A DNA stretch of 16,017 nucleotides from Candidatus Helarchaeota ASGARD archaeon Hel_GB_B. Its GTDB lineage: Archaea > Asgardarchaeota > Lokiarchaeia > Helarchaeales > HEL-GB-B. A program made the translations under genes and the position numbers. A model generated the notes under the pieces. That model was not told the origin of the DNA. It made no database searches and saw nothing but the letters and a program-made list of their open reading frames with translations. Each line of letters starts with the position of its first letter. The first letter of the stretch is position 1. Positions 8,252-16,017 of this stretch are shown here, in pieces. Where the stretch lies: assembly GCA_005191425.1 (NCBI GenBank), contig SUPR01000080.1:1-16017 (forward strand), in the 5' to 3' direction.

Positions 8252-8309
8252 GAGAAATATATTTTTATGTTGTAAATCTATATAAAATAATCTAATAAGG
8301 GGACAAATA

Positions 8310-10547
8310 ATGAATAATTCCGAAAATTTCATTATAATAACTGGAACTAAATTAAAAGCCGCTTTGGATAGGTTTCTTTCATTTAAGAGGTTTTTCTATT
8401 CAATTCCAAAAGAAAATATAATTTTAGTAGAGGAAATAGAAAAAAGTAATTTCTTTAAAAAAATAAAAGATGAAGATATTATCCCGGAAGTGATAAATGA
8501 ATATAAAAAAGTAATGGATACATCAAATTTAAACCCAATTCAACAAGAAGGGAAGGCTAAATTCTTTTTCAAAATGTCTAGAGCAATAAAATCAAAAATT
8601 AAAGATTTATATGATAAGAAAAAAATTGATTACATATTATTTGTGGGTGATCCACATATAATTCCCATCTATTGCTGTTAGTGGAAGGGTAAAGACCAAA
8701 CAGATAATGAAGTAGAAATTACTTTTTTTTCAGATTTATACTATGCAAATTGTGAAGAAAATAAAGATGAAATAAATTTTCCGATAAGTAGAATCTCTGT
8801 TTCTAATGAATATAGTTTAAAAAAAATAATTAATAAAACACTATTTTATGAGAAACAAATTCACGATTACATCACGAAGGGCATACCAGAAAGTGAGGAG
8901 TACAATTGGATTAAAAAAATGTTGTTAACTTCAGATTTAATGGTCTTTCAATCAGGACAGAAATTATTCCAAGAAGTAATGGAAAAAGTCTTTGAATATG
9001 TTAAGGATAAAATTAATACACCAATTATATTAAATTCATAAAATAATGAAATAGAATTGATCCAAGAAATTAATAAAGGTGCAATTATTTCATATAATAT
9101 AGGAAGAGGAGAACGAATTGGTTGGTCAGTAAATAATGGATTAAATAACAGTAATATCAAAAAATTACAAAATGATCAAAAATTACAAATAGTATTATCA
9201 AATTGTCCTAATGCAGGGGCAATTCAATACGAGCATCAAAAAGTTTTTATTCAAGAGATATTAAATTATCCGGACGGAGGAGCAGTCTGTGCAACTGGAT
9301 TTTCTGAATCAATTGATCTTGATGTATGTCGTGAAATTAATGTAGACTTTTTTAAATTAATTTTTGAAAATAAATTAAATATAATTGGGAAAATACTTCA
9401 ATTGTCTTCGAATGTAATGTTTGATAAGATAGCCAGTTTAAAAGATGATGAAAGTACAAAAATAGAATATGAAATTAAGAAAAAATATATTTTGACACAG
9501 ATATGTAATGGAGACCCCACTTTAAGAATCCCTTTTAACCTTCCAGATTCAGAAAGTGATGAACCTTATAAGAACATAGCTCCAGAACCCGAGAAACCAG
9601 GTGAAGAGAAGCCACCAAGAGAAAAATTATTTAATGAGTGGAAGGAAAAGATTTCTGACTCATTTTTGAAAAAGTTATATTTACCTTCGGACTTCCTTAA
9701 AAATGTCAATTTAATTTCAGATGAAGCTGGGGATTTCATCATAATTACTGTAAGAAATCTTTATGAGGGTAAGAAAACAGAATCAATAGAAATACCAGCA
9801 TTAGAAAATTCAGAACTAACATATTATACTGAGGAACAGATAAACAATGCAAGTCGGGAACCACCGGTATCTTTTGAAGAAAAAGTATATAAATATCCAA
9901 TAGCTGGGAGTGATTCTACAAGCACATGTCCCAACTGTGGTGGGACGGGACAAGTAGAATGCAGTTATTGCAAAGGTCTAAAAAAAGTTAAAGGAACTGA
10001 ATGTACTCACTGTAAAGGAACAGGGACTACTTTATGTGAACGGTGTAAAGGCTGTGGTAAAATAACAACTTTAAAAATCTTAATTTGGAAATGGCAACCT
10101 GTAGCTGATTCAAGATATTATAGCTCATTTGGCGTAGACTTTTTAAATATAATTCCAGAAGTTTCACCAGAAGGGACCAATTTTATATTAAATATTGAAA
10201 ACACCACAATTGATGATTTTAACGGAAATGAAGAGCTCTACAATATTACTAAATCAACCTACCAAGATATTAAAAAATTAGCCGATGAACGGACTCAATA
10301 TAATGGACTTAAAATTATCAAAATAGAGTTGCAACGAAGTGAAGCAGATCATGCACCAGTAGTTAAATTGTATTGTAAATATAAAGAAAATGAATTTGAT
10401 GTCTATGTAATAGGACGACTTGATAGGAGATATATTTTTAAATCGCCGGACATTCCAAAAACATTTAAGTTTATCTTTTTTATCATAATTATAATTGTTT
10501 CTGTTCTCATATTACTATTGATTTTACATCTTTTCCATATTTTTTAA
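8310..10547 (+). pseudogene. Single frame (745 codons plus terminal stop) interrupted by TAG 8679-8681 and TAA 9039-9041: gingipain/peptidase C25-like domain + Pro/Glu linker + SSUH2-like CxxCxGxG region + C-terminal TM helix
   Basis: Track ORFs 8310-8681 and 9057-10547 and the unannotated gap between them are all in one frame. C25 motifs run straight through both stops: YILFVGDPHIIP, SDLYYA, PISRI, EINKG..YNIGRG, LSNCPNAG, GGAVCATGFS, NGDPTLRI. Confidence 0.8.
9927..10058 (+). other. DnaJ-type cysteine-rich zinc-binding repeats
   Basis: Four units: CPNCGGTG, CSYCKGLK, CTHCKGTG, CERCKGCG. No J-domain HPD motif is present. Confidence 0.85.
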
Positions 10548-10816
10548 CAAAAATTTCTCTTTTTTTTATTAAGAAACAAATATTCATTACTATTTTAAAG
10601 CAAAAAGTCATTAACTTAATGTCTTAACCCAAGACTTGTGATAAAAAAACTCATTTTTCACTCAAAAATACTATAAAATTTCTTAATAAATCAGCTATAT
10701 TAAATGGAATTCATTATTAATAGATTGAATTTAAAAACTGAAGTAATATATATGTAAAAAAATAATAATTGTATGTCTGTTTGCTTAACATTAAAAGATA
10801 ATATCAGTGAAACAAA

Positions 10817-11374
10817 ATGGCTGAATATGACTTTAAATATAAGATTGTGGTAATAGGAGACCCTGCTGTTGGGAAAACAACATTAATGCTCCAATATACA
10901 GAAAAAAAATTTAAAGAATTATATATACCAACAGTGGGGGTTCAGGTTTCAGTTAAAAATGTGCTTATAACTCAAGATGATAGATCTGTAAGAGTGGGGT
11001 TATATATTTGGGACATTGCAGGTCAAGTTAAATTTGCAAAAATTAGAAAGTTATTTTATGAAGGCGCAAATGCATTCATTATTGTATATGACCTTACAGA
11101 TAAAGATACTTTTATAAATTCTTCTAGATGGTATAAAGATATTTCAGATATTTTAGGAAAAGAAAATATACATGGAGTCTTAGTAGGAAATAAAAAGGAC
11201 CTTACGGAAAAACGAGAAATATCCCAGAACTCAGGACAACTTCTTGCTGATAAAATGGGACTTTTATTTTTTGAAACTTCTGCTAAGACTGGAGAAAATG
11301 TTGATAAATTATTTATGAATATAGCAAACAACATTTATGAAAATTTTAATAAGAAAATAGATATGGAGGATTAA
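10817..11374 (+). CDS. Rab-like small GTPase (Ras superfamily)
   Basis: G1 GDPAVGKT, G2 YIPTVG, G3 WDIAGQ, G4 GNKKD, G5 ETSAK. RabF-like elements FYEGA and IVYDLT. No C-terminal prenylation cysteines. Confidence 0.95.
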   Translation: MAEYDFKYKIVVIGDPAVGKTTLMLQYTEKKFKELYIPTVGVQVSVKNVLITQDDRSVRVGLYIWDIAGQVKFAKIRKLFYEGANAFIIVYDLTDKDTFINSSRWYKDISDILGKENIHGVLVGNKKDLTEKREISQNSGQLLADKMGLLFFETSAKTGENVDKLFMNIANNIYENFNKKIDMED

Positions 11375-11377
11375 AGT

Positions 11378-12304
11378 ATGCCTTATTCATTATTAATTGT
11401 AGATTGGGACCGAATTAAAGGGCCAAATGTACGAGCAAGATATCCACCAGCCGAGCCGCATTATAACGAAGATATTCCAATGCAAGTCTTTATGATGCAT
11501 ACTGCCAAAGAACCACCTGAAGAACAGATCACATTGAATTTGTCTGGAACTGAAGTCTTAAGTCAATTTGTTCAATTCCAAAAGGACAATACTATGCGTC
11601 GGGTTATCTTTTTGTTATTATTAAGACCTGATGAAAAAGCTTCTGATTTTAGAAGAAAACTGATTAAATTTAAAGACGAAATTATTGGAAAAATAGACTT
11701 TGAAGAGATAAAAGAGATTGTAGAAAAATATTATAAAGAGAATTTTGCGGGTGGAATTGAAGAATTTAGCCCAGAAGGATTGAAAAAGAAATTAATTGCA
11801 CAAGCTCAAACACTCTTGGAAAAAGGCCAGACGCAAGCTGCTCGAGAAATAATTGAAAAAAGTGAGCGCATTCCTCGGACGATTTTTAATCTGTTAAAAC
11901 AAGCAGATAAAGCTTTAGAAAATAATGATTATTCAGAAGCTTCTAAACATTATGAAAATGTTGTAACACTTTTAAGTGAAATTCAAGAAGACGAATTAGC
12001 TGCAGAATATGCTGAAAAATCTATAGAAATAAAAGCAATTCCTAAATTATTGAACCAACAAAAAGAAATCCTTGATAAGATTCAAAAAATGACTAAAAAG
12101 GTTGATTTTAATAAATTAATTGACCTTTTAACTGAAGTATCTAAAATTTCAAATGAACTAAAACAGCCCAAAAAAGCAAAAGGATATTCAGATCAGGCGC
12201 TGGCTTTAAAGCAATTTATTGATTCTAATCCAGATAAAGGGGAAGTAGCAACTAGCTCAGAAGATGAGGTAGTTTTAGAAGTAGTTGATGATGAAGAATC
12301 TTAA
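11378..12304 (+). CDS. Longin/uDENN-like N-terminal domain plus TPR-like helical repeats and an acidic tail
   Basis: Starts 3 nt after the GTPase stop, with SD GGAGGA (11365-11370) inside the GTPase 3' end. The N-terminal LLIVDWDRIKGP..RARYP hairpin resembles uDENN/longin proteins. The C-terminal half is amphipathic helices. Confidence 0.6.
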   Translation: MPYSLLIVDWDRIKGPNVRARYPPAEPHYNEDIPMQVFMMHTAKEPPEEQITLNLSGTEVLSQFVQFQKDNTMRRVIFLLLLRPDEKASDFRRKLIKFKDEIIGKIDFEEIKEIVEKYYKENFAGGIEEFSPEGLKKKLIAQAQTLLEKGQTQAAREIIEKSERIPRTIFNLLKQADKALENNDYSEASKHYENVVTLLSEIQEDELAAEYAEKSIEIKAIPKLLNQQKEILDKIQKMTKKVDFNKLIDLLTEVSKISNELKQPKKAKGYSDQALALKQFIDSNPDKGEVATSSEDEVVLEVVDDEES

Positions 12305-12337
12305 ATATTCTTAATTTTTTAAAAAGTCTGGAAAAAT

Positions 12338-13624
12338 TTATGGATAAACTCTATTTATAGTTCTAGGAAATGGTATTGCGTCTCGAATATGATCCAAACC
12401 ACAAATCCATTTAATTACTCTTTCAACTCCTAAGCCAAATCCTGAATGAGGTACTGTACCATATTTTCTTAAATCAATATACCATTCATATTCATTTATA
12501 TCAAGGTTTTCTTCTTTTATTCTTTTAATTAATAGCTCTTTATCATGAATTCTTTGCCCTCCACCAATAATTTCGCCGTGCCCTTCAGGTGCTAAAAGGT
12601 CGGCACAATTAACCACCTCGGGATTATTATCATCAGGTTTATGATAAAATCCTTTAACCTTTTTTGGATAGTTATAAATAAAAATAGGTAATCTGTTATT
12701 TAGTGTAAGGATTTTTTCTTCTTCAGTTCCTAAATCGTTGCCCCACATTATATTTACTCCTTTTTTCTGGAGTGTTTCTATAGCTTCATCATATTTAATT
12801 CTTGGAAATGGCTTTTTAATTTCAGGTAATTTATCGCGATTCAGAATTTTTAATTCATTTTTATTTATCTCTCTAACACTTTTTATAATATATTCAATTA
12901 ATTCCTCTTGATATTTCATATTTTGCTCATTATCACAAAATGGTTGCTCTGCTTCTAAATGCCAGAATTCTGTTAAATGCCTCACTGTTCGAGATTTTTC
13001 AGCCCTGAATGATGGCGCTATAACATAAACTCGTCCAAGAGAATAAATTAATGCTTCCAAATATAACTGAGAGGATTGAGTGAGATAAGCCTTATGATTA
13101 AAATAATTTAAATTAAAAAGAGTTGCACCACCTTCACAAGCAGCAGTAATTATCATTGGTGTGGAAACTTCTATAAAACCATTTTTGTTGAACCACTCTC
13201 TTGCTGATTGTAAAACAGTACTTCTAATTTTCATAATCGAAATCAATTTACGACTTCTTAACCACAAATGACGCTTGTCCAATAAATATTCTATACTTTG
13301 ATCTTTTGTTATAGGAAATGGTTCAGCGAGTCCAATTATTTTTAATTTTTTAATATGTAGCTCGTACCCGATTGGACTACGTTCATCCTTTTTAACTACA
13401 CCAGATATTTCTATAGAGGATTCTATGGTAATCTTTTTGGCTAATTTATATAATGACTCATCACTTTCTTTTTCTATTACACATTGAATTATATTTGATG
13501 GATCTCTCAACAATAAGAATATCCTCTTATTTGAACCCCTTATTCTGTAAACCCAACCCTTTAATATAACTTCTTCATTAAGATAATTGTCATTAATAAT
13601 GTCTTTAATTAAATAATTCGCCAT
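12338..13624 (-). CDS. asnS: Asparagine--tRNA ligase (class IIb)
   Basis: OB-fold start (LKGWVYRIR), EGGATLF, YLTQSSQLYLE, motif 2 FRAEKSRTVRHLTEFWHLEAE, EIIGGGQR, motif 3 PHSGFGLGVER, IPFPR. Start reassigned to ATG 13624 (MANYLIKD), preceded by AGTGAT. Confidence 0.95.
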   Translation of the reverse strand: MANYLIKDIINDNYLNEEVILKGWVYRIRGSNKRIFLLLRDPSNIIQCVIEKESDESLYKLAKKITIESSIEISGVVKKDERSPIGYELHIKKLKIIGLAEPFPITKDQSIEYLLDKRHLWLRSRKLISIMKIRSTVLQSAREWFNKNGFIEVSTPMIITAACEGGATLFNLNYFNHKAYLTQSSQLYLEALIYSLGRVYVIAPSFRAEKSRTVRHLTEFWHLEAEQPFCDNEQNMKYQEELIEYIIKSVREINKNELKILNRDKLPEIKKPFPRIKYDEAIETLQKKGVNIMWGNDLGTEEEKILTLNNRLPIFIYNYPKKVKGFYHKPDDNNPEVVNCADLLAPEGHGEIIGGGQRIHDKELLIKRIKEENLDINEYEWYIDLRKYGTVPHSGFGLGVERVIKWICGLDHIRDAIPFPRTINRVYP

Positions 13625-13735
13625 TTTAAAATCACTATAATTTATATTAGACAATAATGTAATAATCATTAAATAAACAAGATTTTTTCATAAAATATTT
13701 TGCTTTGTATTACCGATTATATATTAAAATAAGTA

Positions 13736-15073
13736 GTGAAAAAAATGATATATGAACCCCAAGCTGATAAATTAAATAAAGAAATTGAACGATTACTATT
13801 AAGATATGATTGGAATAAATTTTATATACTTTTGAAAAATTTACAAAAAAATGGGGTCGATATTCCACTACTTTTTAAAAATATTAACAATTTATCAATT
13901 AAAATTTCACGTATGATCCTTAAAAATATTCAATTACACAACATTAACTTAATTTTTGGTATTTTAAAAGAGATTAATCGGTTTGGTATTTTTAATAAAA
14001 TAAAATTTGAAAAAAATTCAAGAGAGATCATTAAGTCTGAAACACGCTATTCTTTGATTTATAAATGTATTTCTGAATTATTTGGAAAAATATCTGAACC
14101 ATTTTTTTATTTTATAATCAAGGAATTTCCAAAATATATAATTAATGAATTTCAAAACGATTCTATATTATATTTTGGAGATATCCATCCTTTTGGAATT
14201 GAAGATAACCTTTCAATTTTAAGGGATTTTTTAAATGGATACACAATGTTTGGATTGAATATTAGAAAAATTTCCGATTATAATAATTTTATGGAGTGGT
14301 ATGATAAATATAAAAAGCCGAGCAATATACAGGGTTATTATACTCTTGAAATAATCAGGAATAAACAAATGTTAGGGACATTCCCACTTGACCTTCTTGG
14401 AAATATAACAACTATATCAGAAACCCATTTAATAAATGATTCGATTCTTTTCAGAATTAGGCAAAAAAGAGATTCAAAAAATTTTGATTTTGAATTTCCG
14501 ATAGTTTCTATGATTGTTAAAGGTGGTTTGGGGCCACAAGGTAAAGGGTTCGCATATTTAACGCCATCAAATGAAATTTGTGAAATCTGCTCAGATGTCA
14601 AAGAAAATAAAGCTTATATTTTAGAATATAAAAAAGTATTAAAGCGGCAGTTTATAAATGAATTAAACAATATTATTGATAAATGGAATATCTCAGAAGT
14701 AGACAAAGAAAAAATAATAGAATTTTTGGACGCAAATATTCAATTAAATATTATAGATTCTACTCAAATTGATTATGTCTATAATAAAATAGATTATTTT
14801 TTTGATAAAATTATTCAAAATAACAACCAGATTTTAATAGATCAGTCTTTTCGAAAAAAACTCAAACAGAATGTACAAAGAATTCTATTACCTATTGAAA
14901 TGCAGGATCAATTTATGGTACGCATGAACTTAATTCAAAGCGGAAAAATTGGAGAAAGTGAAGTCGCAAAATTAGTTTCATTGGGAGATGTTACTCACTA
15001 TGATATGTTAGTCCAGAGATTCTTCTTTTTATCATTAATTGAATTTATGGAACGAGAAATAAGTCAAAAATAG
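13736..15073 (+). CDS. Hypothetical protein (about 445 aa) with a GGLGPQGxGF motif and a CxxC
   Basis: Long ORF divergent from asnS. Start is GTG 13736 or ATG 13745. No family with a known function was recognised. Confidence 0.85.
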   Translation: MKKMIYEPQADKLNKEIERLLLRYDWNKFYILLKNLQKNGVDIPLLFKNINNLSIKISRMILKNIQLHNINLIFGILKEINRFGIFNKIKFEKNSREIIKSETRYSLIYKCISELFGKISEPFFYFIIKEFPKYIINEFQNDSILYFGDIHPFGIEDNLSILRDFLNGYTMFGLNIRKISDYNNFMEWYDKYKKPSNIQGYYTLEIIRNKQMLGTFPLDLLGNITTISETHLINDSILFRIRQKRDSKNFDFEFPIVSMIVKGGLGPQGKGFAYLTPSNEICEICSDVKENKAYILEYKKVLKRQFINELNNIIDKWNISEVDKEKIIEFLDANIQLNIIDSTQIDYVYNKIDYFFDKIIQNNNQILIDQSFRKKLKQNVQRILLPIEMQDQFMVRMNLIQSGKIGESEVAKLVSLGDVTHYDMLVQRFFFLSLIEFMEREISQK

Positions 15074-15151
15074 AAATGAATAAAATTAATATATCAAACT
15101 AAATTAAATTCAAGCCATATCATAAGAAAAGGAAAAAAAAGTTCGGATCAA

Positions 15152-15424
15152 TTAACAAGTCAATTCAAATAAAATTGACCCTATTGGGATATAAAATGCA
15201 TCTTTCATTTTGATAACAACTGTATGATAATAATCAGCTAGCCCAAGAAACCCTTTAACTCTTGAATCTTCTCCTTCCTGATATTTGAAGGTAATATGGA
15301 CTGTTGCTCTATTTGGGACAATAACACATCTATGATATGTCTTTGCATCAATTAATGGGACTTTCATTTCATTTACTAAAACATATACACGCTTTATAAA
15401 AGCCTCTTTATCGATTTTTGGCAT
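15152..15424 (-). CDS. Small hypothetical protein (90 aa)
   Basis: ATG preceded by AGGAGA SD (minus strand gatAGGAGAatagaaaATG). Alpha/beta-like composition. No family recognised. Confidence 0.8.
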   Translation of the reverse strand: MPKIDKEAFIKRVYVLVNEMKVPLIDAKTYHRCVIVPNRATVHITFKYQEGEDSRVKGFLGLADYYHTVVIKMKDAFYIPIGSILFELTC

Positions 15425-15684
15425 TTTCTATTCTCCTATCTTTCTGTCATGTTTTTAAAGTAATTTTTTATCCTAAGATTAGCATTATTAGTTTTAATTC
15501 AAATTGAAATAACTTTATATTTTTGAATATTTAAATTTAATTAAATTTATCAATTTATTTATTTTTATTTATATAAAATAGTTATAAGTATATTCATTTC
15601 ACTTTATTACAATAAAAATTTTGGTAGTTAATAAAAATTGGAAATTATTTAAGAAATTAAAGAATTTTTATGGTTTTTTTTAAA

Positions 15685-16017
15685 TCATTTACCGCCTTTC
15701 ATGATGCTTTTAAGTCTTTTAAGTTCAGACAACATTTCATCTCGAAGGCCAGAAATGGTCGGGGGAGAAGCTCCGGCTGTTGGCCCTGCACGAGGCTCAG
15801 GAGCTGGTGCTCGGGGTGTAGGTGTTGCATGAGGGATAGGTGGAGTAGAAACAGGTGGTTTTGGCGGTGATTTTGGGAGTGGAACAGAGGGAGCTGTTGG
15901 TCTGACAGGTGGAGCTGAGATCTGAGGTGTAGTTTTTGGAGGAGTTGGAACTGCAGGAGCAGGCGTCTTTGGAGCTGTTGGTGGCGTAGGTACCGATGTA
16001 GGCGGTTTTGGAACAGT
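15685..16017 (-). CDS. C-terminal 110 aa of a proline-rich protein ending in an amphipathic WH2-like helix (N-terminus outside the window; absent from the ORF track)
   Basis: Minus frame open from 16017 to TGA 15685-15687: TVPKPPTSVPTPPTAPKTPAPAVPTPPKTTPQISAPPVRPTAPSVPLPKSPPKPPVSTPPIPHATPTPRAPAPEPRAGPTAGASPPTISGLRDEMLSELKRLKSIMKGGK*. It contains 34 Pro and explains the abrupt local GC rise. Confidence 0.85.
   Translation of the reverse strand, partial: TVPKPPTSVPTPPTAPKTPAPAVPTPPKTTPQISAPPVRPTAPSVPLPKSPPKPPVSTPPIPHATPTPRAPAPEPRAGPTAGASPPTISGLRDEMLSELKRLKSIMKGGK

Noticed and set aside
8097-8285. 62-aa ORF from the track
   Set aside because: It overlies the tRNA-Ile gene and its intron completely. 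The fully paired cloverleaf is the far better explanation.
8679-9041. Stop-codon reassignment or pyrrolysine decoding
   Set aside because: The two stops differ (TAG, TAA), both types end neighbouring genes (e.g. TAG 6708-6710, TAA 8014-8016), and no pyl genes are in the window.
9927-10058. dnaJ call
   Set aside because: Only the cysteine repeats match. There is no J-domain/HPD motif or DnaJ C-terminal domain.
8134-10816. Genomic island integrated at the tRNA 3' end
   Set aside because: No duplicate of the tRNA 3' end, no integrase and no evident compositional shift were seen downstream in the window.
13625-13669. 15-aa N-terminal extension of asnS
   Set aside because: It is low-complexity. 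ATG 13624 has an SD-like AGTGAT and gives a typical length.
8948-14601. Track ORFs 8948-9160(-), 11056-11334(-) and 14338-14601(-)
   Set aside because: They are antisense to stronger genes (C25-like frame, GTPase, 445-aa protein), with no start-site support.
15670-15870. 66-aa Cys/Arg/Trp-rich plus-strand ORF
   Set aside because: It is the antisense shadow of the Pro-rich minus-strand frame: Pro codons read in reverse give TGG/AGG/CGG-rich sequence.

Overview
Very AT-rich archaeal DNA. The gene content points to an Asgard archaeon, Lokiarchaeia/Helarchaeales-like (inference): ftr, a stand-alone Rab-like GTPase next to a longin-like protein, a roadblock protein and an intron-containing archaeal tRNA. 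The window holds about 14 coding loci and one tRNA. Recognisable housekeeping or metabolic genes are a 5'-truncated CCG-domain Fe-S oxidoreductase, an isomerase/epimerase TIM barrel, a Zn-dependent MDR dehydrogenase, a DUF998-like membrane protein, ftr and asnS. The ORF track misses or mis-draws four things. (1) A tRNA-Ile(GAT) at 8134-8234 has a 26-nt non-canonical D-arm intron (22/23) in a near-perfect BHB motif and an atypical A54...G60 T-loop. (2) One reading frame at 8310-10547, broken by two in-frame stops, encodes a gingipain(C25)-like pseudo-protease fused to an SSUH2-like CxxCxGxG module and a C-terminal membrane anchor. (3) The roadblock gene appears to start at an ATA codon. (4) A partial proline-rich protein at the right edge ends in a WH2-like motif. 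A Rab-like GTPase is also tightly coupled to a longin/uDENN-like helical-repeat protein. No CRISPR array, rRNA or mobile element was seen. All family assignments are from motif recognition only; no searches were run.
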